Origin: Alphaproteobacteria bacterium
GTDB lineage: Bacteria > Pseudomonadota > Alphaproteobacteria > UBA6615
NCBI GenBank assembly: GCA_009694135.1
Contig: SHVS01000011.1
Coordinates: 3,972 to 67,971, forward strand
DNA length: 64,000 nucleotides
Direction of reading: 5' to 3'
Both the position numbers and the translations under genes were made by a program. The notes under the pieces were generated by a model, which worked only from the letters and a program-made list of their open reading frames with translations, made no database searches and was not told where the DNA came from. Positions 41,434 through 51,452 of the stretch are shown here, piece after piece (within the stretch, counting starts at the first letter, position 1; each line of letters begins with the position of its first letter).

Positions 41434-42681
41434 TTAAGCGGGCCGCACCAGAACGTGCCGTTTCCGTCCGGCGGAGAGCTTGATCGCGCCGTCGCCGGCA
41501 AGGTCCTTGATCCCGATTACCTGCGCCCAGTCGGCAATCGTCGTGTCGTTAAGGCGCGCCCCGCCCGATGCGATCAATCGCCGTGCATCGCCGCCGCTTG
41601 TGGCCAAACCGGCGCGCTGCAACAGCGTAAAGGCGGCGATCCCGGCTTCGAGCTCGCCGCGCGGAACCGCGACCGTGGGCAGGGAGTCACCGGTCGAGCC
41701 CTCCTCGAAAGTGCGGCGAGCGGTTTCCGCTGCGGCTTTTGCCGCCGCGGCCCCATGCATCAGCGTCGTGGTCTCGTTCGCCAAAACCTTCTTGGCTTCA
41801 TTGACCTCGGCGCCGGACAGGGCTTCGAGCCGCGCGATTTCCGCCAGCGGCAATTCGGTGAACAGGCGCAGGAAGCGGCCGACATCGGCGTCGTCGGTGT
41901 TGCGCCAAAATTGCCAGTAGTCATAGGCCGGCAGCCGGTCGGCGTTGAGCCACACCGCGCCCGCCGCGGTCTTGCCCATCTTCGCGCCCGAGGCGGTGGT
42001 GATCAGCGGCGTGGTCAGGGCATAGAGCTGCCGCCCATCAACACGCCGCGCCAATTCCACGCCGTTGACGATATTGCCCCATTGGTCGGAGCCGCCCATT
42101 TGCAAGACGCAGTCATAGCGGCGCGCGAGTTCAAGGAAGTCGTAGGCCTGCAGGATCATGTAATTGAATTCGAGAAAGCTGAGCGGCTGCTCGCGGTCGA
42201 GCCGCAGCTTCACTGAATCGAAACTCAACATGCGGTTGACCGAGAAATGCCGGCCAATATCGCGCAGGAAAGGAACATAGGCGAGCCTAGCCAGCCATTC
42301 GTCGTTATTGACCAGCAGCGCATCGCCCGCGCCGTCGCCGAAGTTGAGCAGCCGCGCGAAGGCCTGTTTTTGCCCGGCGATGTTGCGCGCGATTTGCTCG
42401 TCGTTCAGCAGAGTGCGCGCCTCGTCCTTGCCCGAGGGGTCGCCGACCTTGGTGGTGCCGCCGCCGACGACGACAATTGGCCGGTGCCCGGTCCGCTGCA
42501 ACAGGCGCAGCATCATGATCGACACCAAATTACCGACGTGCAGGCTGTCGGCCGTGGCATCGAACCCGACATAGGCGGCGATGCGCCCGGCATGGGCCAG
42601 CGCGTCGAGACCGTCCAGATCGCTGCATTGATGCAGGTAACCTCGCTCGACCAGCGTTGTAAGGAATTCCGAGCGGGGCAT
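41434..42681 (-). CDS. tyrS: tyrosyl-tRNA synthetase
   Basis: HVGNLV (HIGH) and KMGKT (KMSKS) motifs, C-terminal S4-like domain. Confidence 0.92.
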   Translation of the reverse strand: MPRSEFLTTLVERGYLHQCSDLDGLDALAHAGRIAAYVGFDATADSLHVGNLVSIMMLRLLQRTGHRPIVVVGGGTTKVGDPSGKDEARTLLNDEQIARNIAGQKQAFARLLNFGDGAGDALLVNNDEWLARLAYVPFLRDIGRHFSVNRMLSFDSVKLRLDREQPLSFLEFNYMILQAYDFLELARRYDCVLQMGGSDQWGNIVNGVELARRVDGRQLYALTTPLITTASGAKMGKTAAGAVWLNADRLPAYDYWQFWRNTDDADVGRFLRLFTELPLAEIARLEALSGAEVNEAKKVLANETTTLMHGAAAAKAAAETARRTFEEGSTGDSLPTVAVPRGELEAGIAAFTLLQRAGLATSGGDARRLIASGGARLNDTTIADWAQVIGIKDLAGDGAIKLSAGRKRHVLVRPA

Positions 42682-42807
42682 CGGATCGGTACCTTTCACG
42701 TATGCGCGGCGGGGACACCGCTTGCCCCCAAGCCAGGGCCGATCTAGCACGGGTGACGGGCGCGCTCCAACTCGGGGCGCCCCACTTGGCGCGAAATGGG
42801 GGCGGTC

Positions 42808-43869
42808 ATGCTGACGGCAATCGGGCTGATGAGCGGCACCTCGGCCGATGGCATCGACGCCGCGCTGCTGGCGAGCGATGGCGAGGGCGTGGTCGAGCCG
42901 GGACCGAGTGTGACCATTCCCTACCGGCCGGAATTGAGGGCGACGCTCTTGGCGGCGATGGGGAGCCGGGGCGAGTTGCCCGAGCTAACGCGGGCGCTCA
43001 CCATCCTGCATGCCGAAGCGGTGGCGGCGCTCCTGGCCCTGGCCGGGCGCGGAACCGCGTCGATCGACGTTATCGGCTTACACGGGCAGACCGTCCTGCA
43101 CTATCCGGCCGCGCGGCTGACGCGGCAATTGGGCGATGGTGCGCTGCTCGCCCGGCTTACCGGCATCGACGTGGTCAACGATTTCCGCAGCGCCGATGTG
43201 GCGGCAGGCGGGCAAGGCGCGCCGCTCGTGCCGGTGTACCAACGCGCGCTGGCGACAGCCTTCGCCAAGCCGCTCGCGGTGCTCAACCTTGGCGGCGTTG
43301 GTAATGTCACCTGGATTGGCGGTGACGGCGCGCTGCTGGCCTTCGACACCGGACCGGGCAACGCGCTGCTCGATGATTGGGTGCGCCGCCGCACCGGCGC
43401 GGATTGCGATCGCGATGGCGCGTTGGCGAGTGCCGGTATGATCGACCGCGCCGCCCTCGCGCAACTGCTCGCGCACCCGTATTTCCAGCGCCGGCCACCC
43501 AAATCGCTCGATCGTAACGCTTTCGGCGTCGCCGAGCTCGACCGGCTATCGACTGCCGACGGCGCCGCCACGCTCACCGCCTTCACCGCCGCCGCCGTCG
43601 CGGCCGCGCGCGCGCATTTTACCGCGCCGCCGCGTCGCTGGCTGGTGGGCGGTGGCGGACGGCGCAATCCGGCGCTGATGCGGGCAATGGCGGCGGCGCT
43701 GGCGGCACAGGTCGATCCGGTCGAGGCCGTGGGCTGGGACGGCGATGCGCTCGAAGCGCACGCCTTTGCCTATCTCGCGATCCGCAGCGTTCAGGGTCTT
43801 CCGTACAGCTTTCCCGGAACGACCGGGGTCAAGGCGCCGATGACCGGCGGGCGCCTGCATAAGGCCTAG
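42808..43869 (+). CDS. anmK: anhydro-N-acetylmuramic acid kinase
   Basis: [16 protein letters not shown]-terminal ASKHA motif. Confidence 0.88.
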   Translation: MLTAIGLMSGTSADGIDAALLASDGEGVVEPGPSVTIPYRPELRATLLAAMGSRGELPELTRALTILHAEAVAALLALAGRGTASIDVIGLHGQTVLHYPAARLTRQLGDGALLARLTGIDVVNDFRSADVAAGGQGAPLVPVYQRALATAFAKPLAVLNLGGVGNVTWIGGDGALLAFDTGPGNALLDDWVRRRTGADCDRDGALASAGMIDRAALAQLLAHPYFQRRPPKSLDRNAFGVAELDRLSTADGAATLTAFTAAAVAAARAHFTAPPRRWLVGGGGRRNPALMRAMAAALAAQVDPVEAVGWDGDALEAHAFAYLAIRSVQGLPYSFPGTTGVKAPMTGGRLHKA

Positions 43870-44513
43870 CCGAGCTGCTTGAGCCTCTTGCCGACATAAG
43901 TGTCGACCGCGCGTGTGAGCGCGTCGAGTTTGTCGCGGAAGAAATGATCGGCGCCTTTGATCACGACGTGATCGACCGAGATGTCCTTCTGTTTCGCCAG
44001 ACGGGTCATCAAAGGCTCGATCCCGGACATGGGCGAAATCGGGTCATCATTGCCGTTCACGATCATACCCGAGGTCGGGCAGGGGGTGAGAAACGAAAAA
44101 TCATACCTCGCCACCGGCGGGGCGATGGCGATGAATCCGTCGATTTCCGGCCGGCGCATCAGCAATTGCAGGCTGATCCATGAACCGAAGGAAAAGCCGC
44201 CGATCCAGCATGTGCGGGCGCTCGGGTTATAGGCTTGCAGCCAGTCGAGCGCCGAGGCCGCATCGAACAACTCGCCCTCGCCGCGGTCGAAGGTGCCTTG
44301 CGAGCGGCCGACGCCACGAAAATTAAAGCGCAGCACGGAAAAATTGCGCGCGCGAAACGCTTGATAAGCGGTATAAACCACTTTGTTATTCATCGTGCCG
44401 CCGGCTTGCGGCTGCGGGTGCAACAGCAGAGCGATCGACGCGCCCGGCGTCGGCGAGTGGTGATAACGGCCCTCGATGCGCCCGGCCGGGCCGTTGATGA
44501 TGACGTCAGGCAT
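43866..44513 (-). CDS. alpha/beta hydrolase (COG2945-like)
   Basis: Nucleophile elbow GFSFGS, ~215 aa. Confidence 0.7.
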   Translation of the reverse strand: MPDVIINGPAGRIEGRYHHSPTPGASIALLLHPQPQAGGTMNNKVVYTAYQAFRARNFSVLRFNFRGVGRSQGTFDRGEGELFDAASALDWLQAYNPSARTCWIGGFSFGSWISLQLLMRRPEIDGFIAIAPPVARYDFSFLTPCPTSGMIVNGNDDPISPMSGIEPLMTRLAKQKDISVDHVVIKGADHFFRDKLDALTRAVDTYVGKRLKQLG

Positions 44514-44681
44514 TGTCAGGAATCGAATACATGTACTTGAAATTCAAAGATAAAATCAGATCCACGACGCACGCTGCCCAGCCCGCGGTTACTTGACCCA
44601 GCGACGGGTCGGGACTATATCGCCAGGAGATCGACGGCCAGCGCGGCCCCCGCAGCCTTGGCAATCGGCCCTGATTTCTGA

Positions 44682-45497
44682 ATGTTGCGGCCCACTATCC
44701 AGGACGAGACGAACTTGTTCAAGCGCCTCATCGCCGACATAGACGCCTATCTTGAGCGCGACCCGGCGGCGCGCACGCGAATGATGATCGTTCTGGCCTA
44801 TCCTGGGTTGCATGCGACCTGGGCGCATCGCGTCTCGCATTGGCTGTGGTCGCAAGGGTGGCGCATCCTGCCGCGGGTCCTGGCCAATATCGCTCGGTTG
44901 TTCACCGGCATTGAGATTCATCCGGCGGCCAAGATCGGCCCGGGCTTGGTGATCGATCACGGCATGGGCGTGGTGATCGGCGAGACGGCTGAGATCGGCG
45001 CCCGCGTCACGCTTTATCACGATGTGACCTTGGGCGGCACCGCGCCGGCGGTCGATAGTGTCGGCCAGCGCAACACCAAGCGCCATCCAACCTTGATGGA
45101 CGATGTGATCGTCGGCTCAGGGGCGCAGGTGCTTGGCCCGATCACGGTCGGCTGCTGCGCGCGCGTCGGCGCCAATGCGGTCGTGGTCAGGGATGTGCCG
45201 GAAGGAGCCACCGTTGTCGGCGTGCCGGCGCGCGTCGTGCAGCCCAAGGGCACGGCCAAGCCTGATCAATTCACCGCCTATGGCACACCGACCGACGATC
45301 TGCCCGATCCCGTGGCGCGCGCGGTCGAGCGGCTCTCGCGCGAGCTGATGGCGCAACATGCGCGGATCGAGATGCAGAACGCCCGCATCGAACAGCTGGA
45401 GCGCGAGCTGGCCAAGGCCGAGGCGGTCACGATGCCGAAGCCGGACGATAAAGCGGGCGCGCGCCGTCGCAAGCCGGCCGCCGACAAGGCGAACTAG
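44682..45497 (+). CDS. cysE: serine O-acetyltransferase with C-terminal coiled-coil extension
   Basis: Left-handed beta-helix hexapeptide repeats GIEIHPAAKIGPGLVIDHGMGVVIGETAEIG; C-terminal ~70 aa RIEMQNARIEQLERELAKAEA. Confidence 0.85.
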   Translation: MLRPTIQDETNLFKRLIADIDAYLERDPAARTRMMIVLAYPGLHATWAHRVSHWLWSQGWRILPRVLANIARLFTGIEIHPAAKIGPGLVIDHGMGVVIGETAEIGARVTLYHDVTLGGTAPAVDSVGQRNTKRHPTLMDDVIVGSGAQVLGPITVGCCARVGANAVVVRDVPEGATVVGVPARVVQPKGTAKPDQFTAYGTPTDDLPDPVARAVERLSRELMAQHARIEMQNARIEQLERELAKAEAVTMPKPDDKAGARRRKPAADKAN

Positions 45498-45612
45498 CCG
45501 TCTGCCGTTCGGTGCCTTACGGAATGAATCCTCGGGCGGTTTCGTTGCGGGGCAGAGCAGCGCGTGGATGGACGAGGTCGCTTCCGGTAGGCATTTTTCG
45601 GCGAAATTTTAG

Positions 45613-46746
45613 TTGCCCTGGGGTGGCGCGGTGATCCGTGCCTATCTCGACTGCAACGCCACAACTCCGGTTCGTCCCGAAGTCATCGACGCGATCTCGG
45701 CCGCGCTTGTCCGTGCCGGCAATGCATCGTCGGTCCATGCCGCCGGCCGAGCCGCCCGTGCAGCGCTGGAGAACGCGCGCGCGCAGGTCGCCCAGCTGAT
45801 CGGGGCCAAGCCTTCGGGCGTGATCTTCACCAGCGGCGGCACCGAGGCGAATCATTTGGCGCTGTCGGGCGCTGCGCGCTCGCGCATTCTCGTCAGTTCG
45901 ATCGAGCATCCCTCCGTGCTTGAAGCCGTGCCCGATGCCGAGCGCGTTGCGGTCGATGGGCAGGGCGTTATCCGCCTCGATGCGCTTGATGCCGCGCTTG
46001 CCGGCGACAACCGTCCGGCGCTGGTGAGCGTCATGTTGGCCAATAACGAAACCGGCGTGATCCAGCCGGTGGCGGCAATAGCCGAAATCGCCCATCGTCA
46101 TGGTGCTTTGTTGCACAGCGACATCGTGCAAGCCGCCGGACGCATTCCGGTCAATCTTGGCGCGCTTGGCGCGGATCTGGTGACGCTTTCGGCGCATAAG
46201 CTGGGCGGGCCGCAGGGCGTGGGCGCGCTGATTCTTGCCGGCGAGCAGCTGTTGCAGCCGATGCTGCGCGGCGGCGGGCAGGAACGGCGGCGTCGTCCCG
46301 GCACCGAGAATCTGCCCGGCATTATTGGTTTTGGCGTCGCGGCCAAGAGTGCAGTCGCCATGCCCGATGCGGCGCGGCTGGAAGGCTTACGCGATGCGCT
46401 TGAACTCGGCGTACAGGCGATCGCGCCGGAAGCGGTTATCCATGGCGCGGGTGCCCCGCGCCTACCCAACACCAGCATGATCGGGCTTCCTGGCGCCGAA
46501 GCTGCGGTGCAGGTGATCGCGCTCGATCTCGATGGCGTCGCGGTCTCGGCCGGCGCGGCTTGTTCTAGCTCTCGGCAGGCGCCGAGCCACGTGCTGCAAG
46601 CCATGGGACTTTCTGCCACCATCGCGGGCGAGGCGATCCGCGTCAGCCTCGGCTGGACGACGACCGAGGCCGATATCGGGCGGTTCCTCGCTGCTTGGGG
46701 GCGGCTGGCGGAGCGCGCCAGGATTTTGCGCCAGGGGGCGGCATGA
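45613..46746 (+). CDS. nifS: cysteine desulfurase, NifS-like (class I)
   Basis: LDCNATTP N-terminus, PLP-Lys region SAHKLGGPQG, active Cys GAACSS. Confidence 0.85.
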   Translation: MPWGGAVIRAYLDCNATTPVRPEVIDAISAALVRAGNASSVHAAGRAARAALENARAQVAQLIGAKPSGVIFTSGGTEANHLALSGAARSRILVSSIEHPSVLEAVPDAERVAVDGQGVIRLDALDAALAGDNRPALVSVMLANNETGVIQPVAAIAEIAHRHGALLHSDIVQAAGRIPVNLGALGADLVTLSAHKLGGPQGVGALILAGEQLLQPMLRGGGQERRRRPGTENLPGIIGFGVAAKSAVAMPDAARLEGLRDALELGVQAIAPEAVIHGAGAPRLPNTSMIGLPGAEAAVQVIALDLDGVAVSAGAACSSSRQAPSHVLQAMGLSATIAGEAIRVSLGWTTTEADIGRFLAAWGRLAERARILRQGAA

Positions 46747-47924
46747 CCGAGCGCGCCAATGACACGCCCGGCGTGTACCTGGACTATCAGGCGACCACGC
46801 CGGTCGATCCGCGCGTGCTGGACGCCATGCTGCCGTGGTTTTCCGAGCGCTTCGGCAATCCGCATTCGGTGCAGCACGCCTATGGTCGGCAAGCGGAAGC
46901 GGCGGTCGAGCGCGCGCGCGAGCAAATCGCCGCGCTGCTCGGGGCCGAGGCGCGGGAGATCGTCTTCACCTCCGGCGCGACCGAGGCCAACAACCTGGCG
47001 GTCAAGGGCACGGCGCGTTTTTACAAGGAACGCGGCGATCACATCGTGACACTGGCGACCGAGCATAAATGCGTGCTCGAATCCTGCGCGCGGCTGGAGC
47101 GCGAAGGGTTCCGTGTCACGCGGCTTCCGGTCGAGGCCGATGGGCTTGTCTCTCTCTCTCGGCTTGAAGCTTCCCTGGACGACAAAACCCTGCTGGTCTC
47201 GGTCATGGCCGCGAATAACGAGATCGGGGTGCTGCAGCCCCTGGCCGAAATAGGCAAAATCACCCGCGCGCGCGGGATCGCCTTGCATACCGACGCCGCG
47301 CAAGCGGTGGGAAAAATCTCGCTCGATGTCGGGGCGACCAACATCGATTTGCTCAGCATCTCCGGCCATAAGCTCTATGCGCCGAAGGGCATCGGCGTGC
47401 TCTATGTCCGTCGCCGGCCGCGCGCGCGGCTCGAACCCTTGTTCGACGGCGGCGCGCAGGAGCGCGGCTTGCGTTCCGGCACCGTGCCGACGCCGCTGGT
47501 TGTCGGGCTGGGCGAGGCCTGCGCGATCGCCCGCGCCGAAATGGCGGCCGAAAGCGTGCGGATAAAGAGCTTGCGCGATCGTCTTCTCACGCGACTTGAA
47601 GTACGGGTGCCTGGCTTGCGCGTGAATGGATCGATGACGGGGCGGCTATCGGGCAACTTGAACCTGACCATTCCCGGCGTCGCGGCCATTGCGCTGATCG
47701 AGGCCACGCCGGAGCTTGCGTTCTCGACCGGCTCGGCGTGTTCCTCGGCCGAGGTCGAGCCGTCCTATGTGCTGCGGGCGCTTGGTCTCTCCGAGGCCGA
47801 TGCGCGCGCGAGCTTCCGCCTATGCGTCGGGCGCTTCAGTACTGAAAGCGAGCTCGATTTCGCCGCCGAGCGCTTAGCCTCGGCCGCCGAGCGTCTGCGC
47901 GCCAGCCCGGCCGCGGCGGAATAG
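46743..47924 (+). CDS. iscS: cysteine desulfurase, IscS-like (class I)
   Basis: VYLDYQATTPVDPRV, SGHKLYAPKGIG, SSGSACSSA active-site loop; ATGA overlap with nifS. Confidence 0.85.
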   Translation: MTERANDTPGVYLDYQATTPVDPRVLDAMLPWFSERFGNPHSVQHAYGRQAEAAVERAREQIAALLGAEAREIVFTSGATEANNLAVKGTARFYKERGDHIVTLATEHKCVLESCARLEREGFRVTRLPVEADGLVSLSRLEASLDDKTLLVSVMAANNEIGVLQPLAEIGKITRARGIALHTDAAQAVGKISLDVGATNIDLLSISGHKLYAPKGIGVLYVRRRPRARLEPLFDGGAQERGLRSGTVPTPLVVGLGEACAIARAEMAAESVRIKSLRDRLLTRLEVRVPGLRVNGSMTGRLSGNLNLTIPGVAAIALIEATPELAFSTGSACSSAEVEPSYVLRALGLSEADARASFRLCVGRFSTESELDFAAERLASAAERLRASPAAAE

Positions 47925-48900
47925 GGTGGTCGAGCCGGCCAGGCCTTTCTTCGTCGCATCCGATCGATTGACGGCTTGGCGAAGCCGTTCGAGTTCGTCC
48001 TTCGTCAGGTCGCAATCGCGAAGGATCTTCGAAGGCAATCCGGGCCTGATCGCCTCGCCGCCATATCGACTCCTCCCCGGGCACATATCTACCCCAGGCA
48101 ATCGGCGGCGTCACATTGGAAGCAAGCCCTCTGCGGTATCCCAGTGCGGAGAATGTTTCGAAATTGGGTCGTCTCGCCCAGCCAGTCTCCTTCCCGACGT
48201 TATTCTCCGCCCCGCCCTTCTACGCCCTCGGAAAACCCCAGGAACCGCGCGGCTTTCCGGCTGCGGCTCCGTAGGCCGCCTCCGGCCAAACGCCCATTTT
48301 TCTTCTCTCCGCGCCCTTTTTCTCCAAACCTCATGACTACGGGCAGAACCTACGGACTCAGGAAGTGGCTGATATTACTACATTGTTCGACGGATAATGG
48401 CATGCGGAGTTGGAGAATTGATTGGGTGCCGAAAGGTCCAGCAAAACAGTCTCATTGATACCGATAGGCCTTTCCGGCGCGGATGAGCGTGTCCTTCTCG
48501 TCTTTGGTCAAATGCGGCCGGCGCGTCTCGACCAGCGTCGCGTCGACGATCTGCCCGCCCATCGCCAGATGGCCCTTGTCGCGTAGCGCCGCGTCGAAGC
48601 GGGCGAACAGCCGATCACAGGCGCCGGTGCGCACCAGTTGCTCGGGGAACAGCCAGATCGTCTTCGTGCCGGCACCGCTTCGAGCAGCGCAAACGCCAGA
48701 AAGCGCATGAAGGAGAGCCGGTCGCGGATCTGGTATTCGATCTGGTCGTTGGACAGCGTGTAGAGTGTCTGCAGCACCAGCACGTTGAACATCAGCACAA
48801 ATCGTTTGCTAGCATCGTTCGGCTTTCGGTAGTGTGGCAGGGTTCGCCGCACGCACCAAGGTGACACAGGTTTCAGTCTTCACCGGGCAAGGAATCCAAC
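47925..48900. mobile_element. degraded insertion-sequence remnant(s): truncated IS5-family transposase N-terminal region plus AT-rich foreign DNA
   Basis: Minus-strand frames 48508..48867 (FVLMFNVLVLQTLYTLSNDQIEYQIRDRLSFMRFLAF) and 48452..48634 (RLFARFDAALRDKGHLAMGGQIVDATLVETRRPHLTKDEKDTLIRAG) are consecutive IS5-family N-terminal motifs in two different frames, followed by a stop and no DDE domain. Confidence 0.6.
48452..48867 (-). pseudogene. IS5-family transposase fragment (frameshifted, 3'-truncated)
   Basis: See above; catalytic DDE domain absent. Confidence 0.6.
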
Positions 48901-48975
48901 GCATTGCCGCGGCCCAAAATGGGCGGAGGCGACGGGCAAGCCCGGTGCGGTGCACAGCAAGGGAGGATACGTCCG

Positions 48976-50754
48976 ATGCAACGCAAATTCACGAGTCGAT
49001 CCGTGGCCGGAACGGTCGCTGGCGGGATCGCCGGCTTGATCGTGGCTTTTTCCGCCAGCGCGCAGCAGGTCACGTACGATCGCCTGCTCAACGCCGACAA
49101 GGAGCCGCAGAACTGGATCACCCATAACCAGAATTACGCCGGCCAACGCTATTCGCGGCTCGACCAGATCAACAAGGCGAATGTGGCTAATCTCAAATTT
49201 GCGTTCGCGACGCAGATGGAGGCGATGGCATTCCGCCCGAACGGCGGCAACGGAGAGTTGGAGGCGACCCCGCTGGTGGACGGCGGGTTCATGTATTTCA
49301 CCGACGGCTGGGGCAAGGTTTACAAAGTCGATGTGCGCTCTGGAAAGCGCGGCACGATCACCTGGAAGTTTGACCCCAAGGTCAACCCCGAGTTCCCGTG
49401 GGGCTCGCTGCATCACCGCGGCGTCGCCTTGCTCGGCGACCGCGTGTTCACCATTACCAACGATGGCCGGATCATCGCACTCAACAAAGACACGGGCGAG
49501 CTGGTTTACGAAAAAGACCATCACTTGGCCCCTGGCGAGTACTTCACCGTGGCTCCGCTAGCCGTTAAGGACATGATGGTGTGGGGTGCCGCCGGCGGCG
49601 AGACCGGCAGCCGTGACTGGATGATTGCGACCAATGCCGCCACGGGCGCGCTTGCTTGGCGCACCTATAATATTCCGGGCCCAGGTGAGCCCGGACACGA
49701 AACCTGGGCAGACACCTGGAACGCCTATTTGGTTGGTGGCGGCTCGATCTGGGTGACCGGAGTGTTCGATCCGGCTGCCAACACGACAATCTGGGGCGTC
49801 GGCAACCCGTCGCCCGACTACGATCCGGAATATCGTCCGGGTGATAACCTCTACACCAATAGCGCCGTCGCCTTTGACGTCGATACGGGAAAGATCAAGT
49901 GGTACTTCCAGTATACCCCGAACGACTCCTGGGATTTCGACGAGGTCGGCAGCCACATCCTAATCGATATCGAGATCGACGGACAGCCGCGCAAGGTGGT
50001 CTCGCACATCGCGCGGAATGGCTTCTACTACACGCTCGACCGCAATACCGGCAACTTCATCAACGGCGCGCAGTACATAAAGAGCCTCACCTGGTCCAAG
50101 GGTCTTGACCCCAAGACTGGGAAGCCGCTCGAATACGACCCCAAGCTCAAGGTTCAGGTCTACGTTCCTGCGGCTCGCATCGGCCGCACCAGCGGCAAGA
50201 TCGCGATGTGCCCGCGCATCAACGGGGGCAGCAACTGGGAACCACAAGCCTATAGCCCGCTGACCGGCATGATCTACGGCACCGCGCGCGAAGGTTGCGG
50301 CACGATAGAAAATACGAACATGACGACGCAGGTTGAGCAGGGAAAAGCCAAGGCCGGCGTCGGCGGTTGGGGCGGCGGAACGGCGCGGGCGGATGCAACC
50401 ACTGGCAGCGTGTTCGGCATCGACGTCAAGACCGGCCAGACCAAAATCAAGCGCGAGACGCCATTCGCAAATATTTCAGGCGTGCTCGCAACCGCCGGCG
50501 GGTTGGTGTTCAATGGCGAGCTCGACGGTAATTTTGTCGCGCTCGACGACCGGACGCTGCAAGTCCTGTGGAGCGTCAACCTCGGCACGATGCTGGAAGC
50601 GCCCGCGATCAGCTACGCTGTGGAGGGCAAGCAATACATTGCGGTGCTGGCGGGCGGCCAATACGGCCGCAAGGGCTACTACACCGATGGAGCCAATCCG
50701 GCGCTCGGCAAGAATATGGAGATGGGGCGGACGCTGTTCGTGTTCACTCTCTAA
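48976..50754 (+). CDS. PQQ-dependent alcohol (methanol/ethanol family) dehydrogenase, periplasmic
   Basis: Signal peptide, 8-bladed propeller W-motifs, GELEATPLVDGGFMYF, WSKGLDPKTGKP; RBS gggagga before ATG 48976. Confidence 0.85.
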   Translation: MQRKFTSRSVAGTVAGGIAGLIVAFSASAQQVTYDRLLNADKEPQNWITHNQNYAGQRYSRLDQINKANVANLKFAFATQMEAMAFRPNGGNGELEATPLVDGGFMYFTDGWGKVYKVDVRSGKRGTITWKFDPKVNPEFPWGSLHHRGVALLGDRVFTITNDGRIIALNKDTGELVYEKDHHLAPGEYFTVAPLAVKDMMVWGAAGGETGSRDWMIATNAATGALAWRTYNIPGPGEPGHETWADTWNAYLVGGGSIWVTGVFDPAANTTIWGVGNPSPDYDPEYRPGDNLYTNSAVAFDVDTGKIKWYFQYTPNDSWDFDEVGSHILIDIEIDGQPRKVVSHIARNGFYYTLDRNTGNFINGAQYIKSLTWSKGLDPKTGKPLEYDPKLKVQVYVPAARIGRTSGKIAMCPRINGGSNWEPQAYSPLTGMIYGTAREGCGTIENTNMTTQVEQGKAKAGVGGWGGGTARADATTGSVFGIDVKTGQTKIKRETPFANISGVLATAGGLVFNGELDGNFVALDDRTLQVLWSVNLGTMLEAPAISYAVEGKQYIAVLAGGQYGRKGYYTDGANPALGKNMEMGRTLFVFTL

Positions 50755-50789
50755 CGATCGGCTGCTTTTCGACGGGTTTGCTCAATGAC

Positions 50790-50820
50790 AAGGGGGGCAC
50801 GGCAGGTCCGCGCCCCCCTT
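50790..50820. terminator. bidirectional hairpin terminator between convergent PQQ-ADH and cytochrome c genes
   Basis: aaggggggc acggcaggtccgc gcccccctt: perfect 9-bp GC-rich stem followed by tcat. Confidence 0.6.
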
Positions 50821-50838
50821 TCATACCAGGACCGCCCG

Positions 50839-51378
50839 CTAGCGATAGGGCACGCAGGCTATGCTATTCGGCGAGTAGAACTCCTCGCATTCGGCCAGGG
50901 TGATCAGACCGCGGTTCGTGATCTTGGCGAGCACATAGTCGACGATGAGTTCGATCTCCCGACGGCGCTGTGGAAAGGCGCTCGGTTTCGGCTTGTCGCC
51001 GCCGAGTTCCTCGCCGATCAGGCCGTAACAGCGCTTGTCGGTGTACGCAAATTCATCGAAATGCGGCATTTCCGTCGCCGGGCGTCCGCATTGTACGACC
51101 TCGATGATTTGTTCGCGCGCGAGCTTGGTTTCGCGCAGATTGGCGGCTTTGCCTGGCGAGAAGGGATCGCCTTGTCCATTGCCCGACCAGCCATGGCAGT
51201 AGGCACAGTTAGCCTCTTTGAAGGCCCGCCGCGCGGCATTGACGTTCAGCTCGCCAGGTTGCTGCGCGAACGCCGCTACCACCGTCAGAATTGCGGCAAG
51301 CACACCGGCCACGCCGACGGCCCGCCGGAGCATCTGGGTAGGCCGAAGCGTTTGCGCAGTCCAATTGGCTCTATCCAT
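50839..51378 (-). CDS. cytochrome c (probable electron acceptor of the PQQ dehydrogenase, cyt cL/XoxG-like)
   Basis: Heme site CAYCH, signal peptide; ATG 51378 (MDRANW) with RBS gagagga; the listed upstream start at 51468 would lie inside the IS inverted repeat. Confidence 0.75.
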   Translation of the reverse strand: MDRANWTAQTLRPTQMLRRAVGVAGVLAAILTVVAAFAQQPGELNVNAARRAFKEANCAYCHGWSGNGQGDPFSPGKAANLRETKLAREQIIEVVQCGRPATEMPHFDEFAYTDKRCYGLIGEELGGDKPKPSAFPQRRREIELIVDYVLAKITNRGLITLAECEEFYSPNSIACVPYR

Positions 51379-51452
51379 GCTGCGTATCCTCTCAATTACC
51401 CGGCCGAATGTTAAGGCAACGGGGCTACGCATTGCCAGCGCAAAGGCGGCCC

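Noticed and set aside
47926-48458. Plus-strand ORFs 47926..48336 and 47976..48458 in the IS-remnant region
   Set aside because: They are low-complexity with no motifs, and they overlap minus-strand transposase-fragment frames. Most likely they are non-coding debris.
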